From Callorhinchus milii (Eukaryota), in NCBI RefSeq assembly GCF_018977255.1, contig NW_024704743.1, positions 75,146,001 to 75,210,000 on the forward strand: a stretch of 64,000 nucleotides of DNA, given 5' to 3'. Positions 13,002-26,639 of this stretch are shown piece by piece (positions within the stretch are counted from its first letter, which is position 1; each line of letters begins with the position of its first letter). The notes below the pieces were generated by a model, which was given only the letters and a program-made list of their open reading frames with translations, ran no database searches and had not been told where the DNA came from. Both the position numbers and the translations under genes were made by a program.

Positions 13002-13170
13002 AAACTTGAAAATCCACCCAATTTTAACCTGTCAGATGTTACTTTCTGTAAGATCGCACAGAAATGTGGGAAATTCTTAAATCCAATCTTAATTTGGAGC
13101 TAGTTCTGAGTAATCTTTAACTTTTAAGAAAAATGCTCTGACAGACTAAAGGTGGGTGGAATATTGGGGC
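13002..13170. mobile_element. Palindromic MITE-like element
   Basis: Left arm AAATCCACCCAATTTTAACCTGTCAGA is complementary to right arm TCTGACAGACTAAAGGTGGGTGGAAT. Interior is homologous to 39986-40253. Confidence 0.65.
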
Positions 13171-14070
13171 TTCCAAATGTGGCTAGGGCCCTGTTTTGGA
13201 CAACAATGATACAGTTCCAATACGTTCAGTTCCCTTTCAGCCTATCTGGCCCACAAGACATCCAGCCACTCATTACTCCAATGAGAGCAGATAGACACTG
13301 GAGCCAGAGAAGGAGATCAGTTGTACCGTCCGTCATTGTGGACAATGACAACCCTGTTGTGTACCAGACACAGACCAGAGGAGCACAGTCTATTGGTGAC
13401 AAATGGTGAACGAGGGGGTGAAAGTAAAGTCTTCCCCAAATTTCATTAACACCCACAAACACACAGTCACTGCATTTTACAGTATATCCTGTGAAGCACT
13501 TGGGGACATCCTCCCAATATGAAAGGAACTATATGAAATGTAAGGTTGATTATAATTTCCTGATTCCCATGGAAAGCAGCAAATGCTTCAGAAAAGGTCA
13601 CACGATGTCTTCACAGTGTCTTGGCTGAGCACTAAGCTGGATTTCAAAAAAAACACCTGACATTGAAAGTCTCCCACAGACAATCTCATCTGATCAGGAT
13701 TCATCTTATGATTCATGTTGTTCAGATATTTGCCAAAGCCCTTACGTTCTCTGTTCAGAGGCGATGTTAGTATTCTGAGACATGATGCTGAGGATTCTTG
13801 CCCTTTAAACCAAACCCTTCACATCTGATTCATCCGGATGCTGGTCTGAAACAAGCACCCTTAGATATGAACAGAAAACAATATTAAGCTTGAGAATATT
13901 AAAGATGCTCGCTCTCCAAAACAAAGGATTTGGTTGCTCTTTAATCATCTGACAAGAGAGAAGAACCAGAAGATCTGTCTGTCCATCATATTGCACACAA
14001 GCTATACTGTGATGTTTACAGATATAATTAATATGCATTACATCATTGATAATAAAGTTTGGCAAAATAC

Positions 14071-14395
14071 TTTTTTGGGCTAACTGAGTGTCTGATACTT
14101 GCGGAAGTCCAGCATCACGCTTGAGAGTATCCAAACTAAAGTTTTACCTACTCATGAAAATTCCCCTGTGTCTGGAATGGAATATGCACTCTCTCCTTGC
14201 ACTCTCCTCACTTAATCCCAGAGTTGCAGATTGGTAACAATCAAGGCTTGTCGATTACAGAATATATGTTCTGATATTGCTGGAGTCTAACCGTCTAAAA
14301 CCGCATATCTTGCCATTGAAGGAACTGTCTGCAAGCTTCCTGCTGCTTGTCCAGCTAGGCCCATCCTGCCCATTAGGACTTTAGTTTGCTTGGTT
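14071..14395 (-). mobile_element. Family X copy C
   Basis: Reverse complement matches copies A, F and G. T run at 14071-14076. Confidence 0.75.
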
Positions 14396-15799
14396 AACGG
14401 GAACTCAATGGGAAGAATCCCTGTCCCCAGTGACTTTTTTTTGACGATAATGATACCCCTTTAACTCAGTAAAGTAGTAGAAACACAGACCAAATGCTCT
14501 TTGTCCATTGATTCTGAAATGTTTTTTAAAATAGATAACGCAGGAATAGAAGGATGAAAGTGCATTTAAATTTGTCAATCGTTCAAATCAGAGCTCTTCA
14601 CCCAATACTCCTGCAGCGCTCACAACAAAGAGCTTGACCTTTAAAAAACTGTCAGCAGGAGATCAGAAAGTAAGAGCCACTGGTTGTCCGTTCGCATGGT
14701 GCATCCAATCCATGCTATTGGTTAGCTGATGAGCAAAGCAACATGCCTGAAAGGCTGTTGCTCTGAGATACACAGCAGCCCTGGTGCAATCCAAAGAGGA
14801 GCAATCCACAGCAAATGTGCTTTAATTGCTTAAACACAAAGTTCCTGTTGCTCAATCACTGATGTAAACCTCTCTGCAGGCGTAACAGTCCTCTGACAAT
14901 TTAATAAAACAGTCTCTGTTCAATTAAACTGTGAGTTGTTTAAAAAGGAGAATTAAGAATTAGTTGGTCACAGCTCCAGGATCACAATGTTACCTCGTGT
15001 CCAGCCACATCTAGAGGATGCCATAGTGGTTAACTGTTTATTGTAGATAAATGGGGTTGTCATTTTGTGCACAGCAAAATCTCACAAACAGCCATGAAGC
15101 CAATGACCAAATTATCTGTTGGATTGTTGTCCTGGGCAAGGCACATGCTCCGGTTGTTGGGGTAAAGATGCGCTGTGGATGTTACTATGATTACTCTCTA
15201 AGAGGTGATGGTGCTGAAAGTCCCAGAACAGTGGTATAGCCCTTGAGAAAACACTGCATGGCGATGTCTGCATGGGGGAAGATCAGCAAATCATTTGTTT
15301 CAGCTGAAAGATCATCTTCAGTTTTTTTTTATATACACAGAAGGAAAGTGTTATTTGTACTTATTACTGAGTCTGTTCCTCTTCAGTCCCACGGGGATCG
15401 ATTATGGAACAGCCTCAACCCCACTGACGAGAGTTTAGGTAATGTAATGACATGGACTTGCAGTCATGGGAAACACTGCTCCCTCCCATGGTGCGGGTAA
15501 TGAAACAGAGCAACTGAAAAGATGCTGCAGATTGTAATACACCATCAGTTTGTCTTTCTGGTGCCCCAATAAACCCATCACAGACGTTCCTTATTTCATC
15601 CTGTTAGATTCTTGGAGACCTATCACTTGTGGAACATAAAATCATACAAACTTTACAGCACAGAAAGAGGCCATTTAGCCCTTTATTGTCTATGTCATAA
15701 TAATCCTTACATTAGATGTAGTGCCTGTCAAGTTGGGAGGACAACAGCAACAAATTACATCTGTGAAGAGCCCCTGATGGCTATAAAGTGTGTTAAGTG

Positions 15800-16142
15800 A
15801 CTGTTTTGTGGGCGAATGTGATAACCAACTTGCGTACTTCAATGCCCCACAAACGGCCGTGAAGTAAATGACAAATTTTATTTGGGGGATTGTAGCCAGG
15901 GCACTAAGAGAAACTCCCCTCACTTTTCGAGTATTTCCATGGAATCCTTGATGTCCACCTGAACAAGCAGACGGTACCTGGGTTTCACATCTCATCCGAA
16001 CGTTGGCACCTCTGACAATGAAGCACACCTCCAGCATTTCATTAGTCAGCATAGACTGTATAGACTCCAGGTCCCAACGTGGGCCTTGAAACCACAACTT
16101 TCTGACTCAGAGGTGAGAGTGTTACCAACTGAGCCAGGCTGA
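15800..16142 (-). mobile_element. Old Deu-domain SINE
   Basis: Head (reverse) TCAGCCTGGCTCAGTTGGTAACACTCTCACCTCTGAGTCAGAAAG plus Deu domain. Confidence 0.85.
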
Positions 16143-16782
16143 TCCTTGCTCCAAAGATACATGGAGCCTTCCTTCTAGTTATCCTGGTTTATATTCCGTC
16201 CTCATGTGAATTTAACCCCAAATTCAGATTTATTGACCTCTCATCTCCTTGCTGTTTGCAGGCTGTTGTTGACACAGATTATTTGCCACGTTTACCTATA
16301 TAACATTCACTAAATTTCTAATCAAGTTATATTTCTGGATATTCAAATTACATGAAAAGCGCTATATAAAAAATGCAATTATCATTATTTAACATTGGAA
16401 TGGGAGTTACAAATTCAGTGCCATTTTCTTCTTGTTTATCTGAAGTTTTAAGTACTTTCTGCAGAAAACAGAATACAGTACGTGAGATACATTAGCCCAT
16501 TTCACACTGGAGGGCAGTGCTTATATGTACAGAGATCAGTGATGTGAGCTTATAGCAGGAAAATATCAATCTAAATTCACCATGTCAAGATCTGTAAATA
16601 TAGCCCTTTCCCCAAATCACTCCAAGCTGTTTGTCAGAAGGGTACAAAGTTGCTTCCAGCCAGTGATTGTGAGTTTCCATTATTGTATTTGCAAACTTAA
16701 TGGTTACACAGGGCAGTTTTTTGTGATGTTATAGAGCAACTAAACTACAAGTGGATTACACTCCAACAGCCAAGTCATCACT

Positions 16783-16925
16783 AGAATGTCCCTCCAGGGA
16801 GAGAGTGCATATTCCATTTCACACACAGGGAAAATATCTGAGGTGGCATACATGTGTGGAACTTTCAGTTGGGTATAGCTACTCATAATGGTGATGCGTC
16901 AGACACCTAGTTAACCAAACAAAAA
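16783..16925 (+). mobile_element. Family X copy D, short and decayed
   Basis: CTCCAGGGAGAGAGTGCATATTCCATT...TCAGACACCTAGTTAACC plus an A-rich end. Confidence 0.7.
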
Positions 16926-17276
16926 TAACCAGGCTGCCTATTTTATGCTGTTTATTCAATTAAATAAGAAAGATATATGAAATTCTTGTCAACGTCTTAT
17001 CCTGATAATTACTTACATTGGGGATTCAAACTACGCAGTTCTGCATAAATAGATCAGAGTTCCAAAGGCTCCATATTTTTCTTCAGACCATTTCACTTAA
17101 TACATCTGCTGGTAATTGCTAGGATCCATTCATGCCTTTTCTTACTTTTATTGTTTCCAGTTGATTTAAAATGCCTGTCACCTACTTAGAAATCAACCAC
17201 ATAGAGAATATATGCAAGAATGCTGATTCCTACTTGTGACAGTGCTGAATCCAAGAGCAGCCTATCTCACATCTCC

Positions 17277-17374
17277 CTCAATACACTCACAAACTCTTCT
17301 TCAGTACACTGACAGACCCCTCTTCAGAACACTGACAAGACACCCCTCCCCCCCACCAGCACCTTGACAAACCC
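17277..17374. repeat. Degenerate ~22-bp minisatellite, about 4 units
   Basis: Units resemble CTTCAGTACACTGACAGACCCCT. Confidence 0.55.
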
Positions 17375-18269
17375 ATTAAACCCATGAAGTACACATGCAA
17401 ATGATTCCTTACAAATTTTTCTTTGAATGCTTGCAAATCATATCATTCTGATGACTCACCCAGCATCTTCTGTAATTTCTACAGAGACCTTCAGCTTACA
17501 AAGACAGACTGCTGATCGAGAGGGTTTTATCATCATAGCTCTTCAAGTTACAGAGCTCAATCTATTAGCTACAACCTTAAAGATTATAGATTTAACTTGG
17601 CTTGAGTAAAACAACAACTGCGTTCTTTAAAGTAAATAAACAAGTTTAGCAGAATGAGGACGTAACTCTTACTTCAAGTTGCAAGTACAACCAAACTGAT
17701 ACTATAATATTGCACAACGGCACAGTTTAAGAGTGGCTTAGTTGGGCAAACAATCACAGATCTGCTCATCACTGCAGTGGTCTGGATCCCAGGAGATATG
17801 CCCACATACCGTGATTATAAGACAGTATCAGCAGGAAGCTAGCTATCTGTATAACAACCTACAGTGCAGGGCTAGAGAGACAGGTATAGGAATAAAGAAA
17901 GTCAGAGACAAAGTAAGAAACAGAGAGTTGTACAGAGTCAGAGTGAGAAAATATTCATTGCATCTGCATACCTGGATACATAAGGGAGAAGGAAATAATG
18001 GGTGAGAGAGGGGGAATGAAGGGGTGGATGTACTCATGTACAAGCACAAACAAATCTGTCTTTTCATGGTGCAGGTGGCAGAAGCGGCTGCACCATGCTA
18101 GGCTGTGAAAGGTCTCCATAAATAAGCAGACCACGTTTTAATATGTTGCTTTTGCCCCCTTCACCCCTCGCTATAAGTGCTCCTGTCAATCATTCTGTTA
18201 ATTCAGCGTCTCATCTTTAGAACTCACAAGGTGCATTTTTCGCCTTGTGACTCTGCTAAATGCCAAGTG

Positions 18270-18532
18270 TCAGCCTGGCTCAGGACAGCACTCTTACCTT
18301 GGAGTCAGAAGGTTGTGGGTTCAAGTCCCACGTTAAACTGTCTGCCTGTTCAGGTGGACGTTAAAGACTACATGCCACTACTTGAAAAGAGAAGGGAGTT
18401 TCTCTGAGTGTCGTGGGTCAAAAATCCCCCAAATAAATTGGTCATTCACTTCATGGGACATTGCTGCCTGCACGTTGGCTGCTACATTCTGTAAAAGGCT
18501 CTATATCAAAACCAGGGATTATTATTATTATT
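18270..18532 (+). mobile_element. Deu-domain SINE with internal deletions
   Basis: Head, then TTAAAC-TGTCTGCCTGTTCAGGTGGACGTTAAAGA, then a (TTA)n tail. Confidence 0.8.
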
Positions 18533-19631
18533 TTAAATCCAGTCGAGGCAAGTTTTCATTACATTTGTGTTCAGCAAAACAGAGGCTGCAACTCAGCATC
18601 TGTGACAAAAATTGGAACAAACTGTTCAAGTAAACCGTTTCAACAACATGTGAAAAAAATAGCACAGTATTTTATGAACTTTGAAACTTTCCTTTGCATA
18701 AATAATGCAAAACCACTGTGCAGATTTTATTTTCAAGATTGCGTTGGAGACTGTTTGAACTTGAGAGTAATAGCAGCCCAAAGAACGGAGCTAGGATTCT
18801 GCACAAAAGGAGGCACCTACTCCAGAGCGGTATTATTGCATTTCTTAATAGGAAATGAAAAATACTGTTTAAGGTCACAGAGATGACCAATTCCTTGCGG
18901 GCTTCCACACACAAAACAAGACTAATAATAGCTTAGTTCTCATCTGGTCGGTTATGCAATAAGAGATGTCAAATAAAGTTCTCATCTCAGCTAGTTTGGA
19001 AGATTATGATTACATATGAACATTCGCCTTCAGGTGGAATAGTCTTTCTGGCAATTAGAGGGGAATATTAACTGAAGCGGTGCATGTCCCTCCCAGCAAA
19101 TAGCTGTGCTACCTTATACTTACACAAATAACAGCATTAATTTGGAAAGTTACAGTCAATGCTGTTCTCCAGGAGAATTAAAGTACATCACTTGCACAGT
19201 CCTGTTTCACCTGAAGTTCTCTCCATCCTGCCCAGTCTCTCCAGCTGCAATCCATCCATTCAAATACCAAAAAGGGAAACTCAGTGGTGTGTGCTGTTTG
19301 TGTTAGTAGCTCTATAAGGATGGTTCAGTTTCTGGTAGCTAAGATTGGTAGGAGATCATTTCAGGCTTTGGTTGTGAATAGGTCTGACTCCTGCTGTTAA
19401 GCATTTCTTTACCCTGCACAAGGTGCTGGTGGTGTCTAATGATCAGAACTGCAAGAAGTTTGTCTGAGCTCTGTAAGTGGGGGAAACTCACAAAACATGC
19501 ACAGCTGAATTTTGTTTACCATTTATAAATCAATGGGAAAGATTTCTAATGTGGTCTGTGAGGGATGGGAACATGAAATCAATACACAGAGATGCCAGCA
19601 ACACAGTGACACTGGCAATGAAGTGATGCTG

Positions 19632-19920
19632 GTTCTTACTCCACGCTTCTGTTTACCTAGCAGTAAGTAGGAACCCAGTAGTTAGTCGATTGGCGGATCA
19701 CATCGCTTTTCCGGGGAGTAATAATCCCTCTTAAAAAAGATAATAAAAATCGGTCACTCAATCCACGACTATTTGGGACACTGCTGTGCACAATTGTCTG
19801 CCGCGTTTTGCCCACAAAATATGAAGTGAATTCACTTTACAGTATATTCTGTGAAGAGCTTTGAGATGTCTCGAAGACTTAAAAAGGCGCTATATCAATT
19901 ACAAGGATTATTATTATTAT
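19632..19920 (+). mobile_element. 5'-truncated SINE with an extra central segment (Meta/CORE-like) and the common tail
   Basis: TTCTTACTCCACGCTTCTGTTTACCTAGCAGTAAGTAGGAACCCAG... precedes AATAATCCCTC and the shared 3' body. Homologous to 57744-58011. Confidence 0.8.
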
Positions 19921-21000
19921 AAATTTGCATAGAGGCTGATGGTTTGCGAAGGCTGATATTGCCCATGAATCTAATAATAATAATCCTTACATTTGGTATG
20001 GTGCCTTTCAGGTCAAGAGGATGTCCCAAAGTACTTTGCACGATACATGTAAAGTGTAGTGACTGTGTTTTGTGGGCAAATGTGGCAGCCAACTTGCGCA
20101 CAGCAGTGTCCAACAAATAGCCATTGAGTGAAATACCAATTGCTGGTCAGGACATCGGGAGATACTTCCATCCCAGTATGATACAGAACCATCTAAAGAG
20201 GCAGGGGTTGGAGGACTGAAAATAAACCAACGCCATGGTCTAAAGTGCGATTGGTTGGCAACGTGAACCATCATTAATAACTCAGATGCTCAAACAGGAA
20301 ATCTTTCTGGCAAGTGGCAGAGCTCCATGGCCAACGTGTAGGAGCTCCTTCACCTACCTCTGGTGATTTGGGTAAATGGTCGCGGTGAACTGCCAGATAT
20401 CAGCAGCTCCCTTTTACAATCTGAGTTACTCAATCATGATGCGAACCATTATTTTTTTTTACAGACCAGATTCTTATTCTATTACATGACCTACACTGTG
20501 ATGGTTACAGTTGTGACAACGTGTGGCATCACTAATAACAAAAAGCTACATAACATAGTGTGTTGCAGTCATGCCACTGGGTACATACTAACATACTTAA
20601 CCCTAAAGAGGGCAAATACCATTACACACAGAAGGCTGCATTCTTCATGTGTTAGGGAGTATCAGGAGTATGCGGATTGTAGTCTGGACTGGCGGTATTG
20701 CTGTGGGTCTTTCTCTGTAATTGATCTGTCTGCATATGTGCAATAATCAAAAAGGTCACAATGAATGGTACAATCTCATAACATAACTCGCAGGAGAAGG
20801 TCATTTGGCCCTTCGAGCCTGTCCCGCCATTCAATCGTGGCTGATCTTCTAATCTAACTCCAGCTAATAGTAATTAGTAATTACTAATTAGTAATTTCTT
20901 AGTAATCCTCAAGATAACTTTCGGTCTAAAATCCCTCACATTTGTGACAGGACATCTATGATATCTCTGGCATTATCTGGAGTGTTATCATCTTGCATTA

Positions 21001-21378
21001 ACCTGGCTCAGTCAATAGCACTCTAACTTCTGGTCAGCAGGTTGTGACTTCAAATTCCACATTGGAACCCAGTTCATCGACTAGGCTGACTCTCCAGTCC
21101 AGTGCTGGGGGATTCCTGCATTTTGGAGATATCGTCCTTCAGATGAAATATTAAACCAAAGTCCCATCTATCTGTTATTCAGGTAGACATTGAAAATCCC
21201 AGGGAGTTTCTCTTGGCCAATAATCTCAGAATAAATTGACTATTCACTCTGTGGCTGTCTCTGGGACTTTGCTTCGCCCACAAAATATACAGTCAATTTA
21301 CTTTACAATATATTCTGTGAAGCACTTTGAGACATCTCAAAGATACAATCAGATGCTATGTCAAATGCAAGGAATATT
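21001..21378 (+). mobile_element. Old Deu-domain SINE, full length
   Basis: Head, Deu domain and tail are present. The tail is interrupted by a young SINE. Confidence 0.85.
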
Positions 21379-21707
21379 ATAATAATAATAATAATAATAA
21401 TAATCCTTGCATTTGATATAGCGCTTTTCACGTCGGGAGGACGTCCCAAAGCGCTTCACAGAACACACTGTAAAGTGAATTGACTGTATATTTGTGGGCG
21501 AACGCGGCAGCCAATTGCGCACAGCAATGTCCCACAAACAGTCGTGGATTGAAAATGACCAATTTATTATTGTTTTTTGGTTTTGGAGGGATTATTATTA
21601 GGCGTGTGGAGTAAGGAAACTTGCCCAAGGTTTCGCCCTGCCTGGAATTGAACTCAGGTCTCTAGCTTGCAAAGCGAGTGCTCAACCACTGAGCTACAGG
21701 ACTCCAC
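21379..21707 (-). mobile_element. Young tRNA-Ala-derived SINE
   Basis: Near-identical to 49844-50169, with a long (TTA)n tail. Confidence 0.95.
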
Positions 21708-23438
21708 AAAAATTATTATTATTATTGTTTGCAGTGTGGAAAATGGTTGCCACATTTGTCTGCAAAATACACAGTCACCTCACTTGACAGTAATTATTTT
21801 GAAGCCCTTTGAGACATAGAGGGCTCTGTAGAAATGCAAGTTCTTAATCTAGCAAATATCTTCCAGTTATGTAATATGAGGGTATCATACTGTCATGCCT
21901 AAACATCTCTTCCACCATATGTAAAATAGCATCAAAATAGTGAAATATTCTGTTTATTCCATCGGTATAAACTTGCTTGATTTGATTCTTCTTTAATTTG
22001 ATTCTTCTTTAATATGTTACATTTTAGTGAATTAGTTACATATCATAGGATTAACAGCTGCCTCCCCAGTCACTCCTGTCTCACAAAAGCCACATTACAT
22101 TTTGCCAAGAAAAACATATTGCTGATATAATGGACTCCATATGTGCAGTTAATGGACCGAAGGCTGTGCTTCTCCTTGTGCGCTCACAAAGATGAGGAAT
22201 GAGAATAGCAAGTTATCGCGCTTTGTCCTGACAGATTTTGACCCGGAACACCATGTACCTGTAACCACACAGTGTTCTTCACTCCCCACCCCAACCTCCC
22301 AGCGATGCCTGTGAACATTTCCCATCGCTATAATCTCAAGAGGAGTAAACTGGTCTTTGGCTCGGAGGCTCAGTCAGTGCTTGTTCATGCTGAGACCCAC
22401 TGCCGTGGCTGGAATCAGTGTTCACATGTGCACAGCTAGAATGAATGGAGCTTCTCATTTATGCTGCAATAATGCCACGCTGATATAATAAACAGGCAAT
22501 TTGTAATTAAGCTATGCCTATCACGTACACTCTGTATCTCCTCAGATAACATGACAGATGCTGTGGAGATAAACATTTTGCAGATTACCCAGCACATTAC
22601 TTTTAAACTGCAGTAAATTAAGACGAACTCTTGATTTATCGTTTGGTACTTTATTTCTCATTTTCATTTTTTATTTCTTTTCCCCTCTTTCCGGTACAAA
22701 TTAATGTGTAATCGTAAAAGTCTGCACATGGCAACGTTTCCAAGTGATAAACCCTTAGGAACAATCATCTCTGTATTAAACAACTGCTGTGAGATATATT
22801 GTAATGAGACTCTACTGGATGTAGACACATATTTCAGTCTTGAGAGAAGACAACTCAGAAGGCATCTTGTAGAGGTGTGCAACATTTTAAATGGGATTGA
22901 AGAAACAAACCTAGAGCCACACTTTAGGATGCACTGAGGCAGTAGAACAAGAATACATTGGTTTAGAGTTGAAAAGGACAACTTCAGGACAGATAACAGA
23001 TACCAAATACACAGCTCAACCGATCACAGGGGCTTGTCCTTATCAACGAAGGAGGTTGGTGCAGTTCAATAAAATGACTATGATGCCTAAAAGTGTCCTC
23101 CTTCAACACTTCACTTTTACAGCCTGTAGGAAGTGGCAGACAGTGAGGTGGCAGACATTGCCAACAACATGCAGCAAGACCCGATGTTCTCCAAACTGCA
23201 TTGTGGGCTTTCAGTCTGCATGTTACTGTGTAAGAAAAAGTGATCTCCAGCAAGAGAGATCTGTAATTGACAAAGACCTAAACAATAATAACAATCATCC
23301 TTTATATTTGATATAGATGTAAAATACAGGTGAAACAAAATAGAAAAACAAATAGAAAGGACTAGCAATACACACCAGGTCAAACAGCATCTGATGGAGA
23401 AAGATACATAACCTTCTGAAATTAACCTTTATGTGTGG

Positions 23439-23871
23439 CAGACTGGCTTAGTAGGTAGACTCTTACCTCGGAGTCAAAAGGTTATTGATTCCATCCCCAC
23501 ATCAGGACTTAGAATTTATATAGTCTAAACTGACACTCCAATGCAGTGCTGAAGGTGTGCTGGATAGTTGGAGGTGTGACTTTTGGTTGAGACATTAAAC
23601 CGAGGTCTGTAAGCCTGTTCAGTTAGACGTTAAATATCCATGAGACTATTCGAAAAGAGAAGGGAATTTCTCCCAGTGTCAAGGTCAACAGTCTCTCAAT
23701 AAAATTGGCTACTCACTTCATGACTCTTTGTGGGACATTGCTGTGTGCATATTGGGCTCTGCGCTCACCCACAAAATACACAGTCACTATACTTTACAGT
23801 ATATCCTGTGAAGCGCTTTTCGACATCCTCCCGAAAGGCGCTATATCAAATATAAAGATTATTATTATTAT
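23439..23871 (+). mobile_element. Old Deu-domain SINE, full length
   Basis: Head, then GAGACATTAAACCGAGGTCTG, common 3' body and (TTA)n tail. Confidence 0.88.
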
Positions 23872-25074
23872 AATTTATTAGAAGGTCACACCTCAATAAC
23901 TTGCCTTCATGCAGCACATTTCATGTAACATCTCAAAGTCCGATACAGAGACTGTGCCAAATACTGAGCAGGGAGAGTGAGGAGGGAGGTGGCCATAGGC
24001 ACAGTCAAATAATTAGGTTTTCATGATGTTTTTAAAGACCAGTAGAGAACATTAAATATAGTACCATCAGTTTACTGCATTGCATTGATAATGCTAGTCT
24101 ATATTCTGCAGCAATATTACCCCATACGGAGACAAGGGAATTTTGTGCAAAATATTATCCCAAATCCGAACTCTTCATTTTCAGTAGAACACCAACAGGC
24201 ATCACAATACCATATCCATCCTGGAAACCCATACATTGACTTTCAAACCACAGGAAAGTTTTCCTGTGCTCTTTTGCAGGGAGTTTATATTAGAAAACAC
24301 ATCTGCACATTACCTTTGAATGCTCTGTTGACTGGTTTTGCATGTTAAGTGTTTTCTGCACTTCTCTTAATGGCCATTGACGTGCTCAGCAGACATGATT
24401 GTGTTATGGTGTTCAAATCCCAAGATAGTCATTGACAAAAAGTTATAAGGTAGGTTTGAAGCTTTTCCAAACCATATTGTTTATGGCCTTTTAAATAACT
24501 AATGCTGTATTTATACTGATGGGAGTGAAATTGCTTTGCTCCTGGCAGTGTAGGTTTAGTGATGTGGAGTGGAAAACCAGGTGTGTGCTGTCTGCTCCAT
24601 GTAGTTTTTATCCGGGTCATTCAAGAAATAAACACCTGATTTTGGCATTCTGCACATTGACGCAAGCAATGAACATCCAAATTGTACGCTTGATTTGTAA
24701 TATTACTAACAGCTGTTCGTGCACATTAAAAAATGGTCCCTTGTTGGTCCAGAATTCCCAATACACCAATTCTGTTCATGTTGAAACTTTTGTTGAGTCT
24801 GAAATCACCTCTTGTGAGCGCCTGAGATCCCGTCCACGATACATTTAGCCAGTGAATTGCAAATGTGCAGTATAAAATACACAGTCCACAAAATGTCAGT
24901 CAGTCCACTTTACACTATTGTATATCCCTTTGATACGTCCTCCCAACGTGTAAGGGACTATATCAAATGATAACAATAACAACATTTACATTGGTATGGA
25001 GGCTTTCAGGACAGGAGGATATCATCAGAAGGATGCTGCACAGTTACATCCCACAAACAGTCATGAGTTGTTTG

Positions 25075-25447
25075 TCAACCTGGTTCAGCTGGTAGCACTC
25101 TTGCCTCGTCGGGATTTTAAACTCATATAGTCTAAGCCGACACTCCCATTCAGTGCTGGGGGAGGGTTGTTGCATTGTTGCAGATGGCGTCCTTTGGATG
25201 AGATGTTAAACCAATGTCATGTCTGCCTGTTCAGGTGCACTTTTAAGAAAAAAAAGGGAGTTTCTCACAATGCCCTGGTCAAAAATCCCCCCCCACCCAA
25301 AAAAAAAAATTGCTCACTCTCTTTATGGCAGCCGCATTTGCCCACTAAACACAGTCACTGCACTTCATAGTGTATCCTGTGAAGCTCTTTGTAATGTCCT
25401 CCAGACATGAAAGGCACTATAGAAAATGTAAGGATTATTATTATTAT
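25075..25447 (+). mobile_element. Old Deu-domain SINE
   Basis: GGCGTCCTTTGGATGAGATGTTAAACC...GTCTGCCTGTTCAGGTG plus tail. Confidence 0.85.
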
Positions 25448-25449
25448 AA

Positions 25450-25692
25450 GTCAATGACCAATTCTCATTGGGTTGCTGACTGTGTCGCGTAACCAAAACT
25501 GGGCCATGAACATCCGAAACATTCACCTGATCAGGCAGATGCAGCCTCTGTTTAATGTCTCTGACATCTCCGACAGTGCAGCATATCCCCAGCACTGCAT
25601 CGGAATGTTAGCCGAGACTTTATGGTTCCAAGTCATGACGTGGAGCTTGAATGCACAAGATTCGAAAGTGCTACCAACTGAGCCAGGCTGAC
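25450..25692 (-). mobile_element. Old Deu-domain SINE (5' part), opposite orientation to the previous one
   Basis: Reverse head ends CTACCAACTGAGCCAGGCTGA. Deu domain at ~25520-25600. Confidence 0.8.
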
Positions 25693-26639
25693 GCAAATGC
25701 AAGGATAATTATTATTAAGCAGGGTAAACACATTCCAGGACCAACGAGAAGGCAAACACTTTGCAAACTCGGTACTGTGGTGAAATGGGTCACAAAATGC
25801 CATGCTACAAATCAAATGGAATTTCACCGCAAGCCTTGCTGTAAATGACAAGTGATGGACACAGTATTGTAGCAATTACACACTCCATGACAGCCTAACA
25901 TAAATTAAATTGATTTGAACCATTTTCGTTAATAAGGTTACTTGATATAGTATTAGATTGCCCCCCACCCCCAAAAAAAATCCGATAGGGCATATTTGAA
26001 GCTAGCAGTTTGAAAGTAAATACATTATTTATAGACCTATTAGAGAAAGTCGGCAAGGTTTAACACTTCTTTTTAGTAAAAAAGTAAAGTAGAATGGTTT
26101 CTGACGTTAGCAGAAAACACAGTGAATGTCAGGCGTTACAGGTTTATAAAAAGGATACACGGCTGCTAATAAATCTACAGACATAAGGCTGCCCCAGTCT
26201 CCTCATTGATGTGCCTCCTGACTATCCCTGTCAGTGATGGGAGTGGAGTCCGTATTGTCTCATCAAGTTGTTGTCTGGACCCAAACTCAAAACTGTCTCA
26301 AGTTTGCTGAAGCAGCTTTAATACTTGTCTGATATAAGGAATGAAGCAAGGGGAGGCATGACCCTTACAGGTACTAAAAATAATCCTTACATATGATATA
26401 ACGCTTCTCGCATCAGGAGAATGTCCCAAAATTCAGGATGTTCCATTTAAAGAAAACTTTATATAGCAATGTACATGATACATAAAGGTACTTCACCACC
26501 CTATTTTCTTCCTAATATAGCATCAAACTGTTTCTTAAATGACTCCAACAATCTTCCCCCAATCTTCTTGGTAATCCATTCCGGCTGTTAATTATTCTCC
26601 ATGTCAAGAAATACTTCCTGTTGTCTGTCCTTAGGTTCC

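Noticed and set aside
23340..23420. Possible Penelope-like terminal-repeat remnant with a hammerhead ribozyme
   Set aside because: Only a loose resemblance (CAGGTCAAACAGCATCTG...GGAGAAAGA). No CTGANGA/GAAA core is visible.
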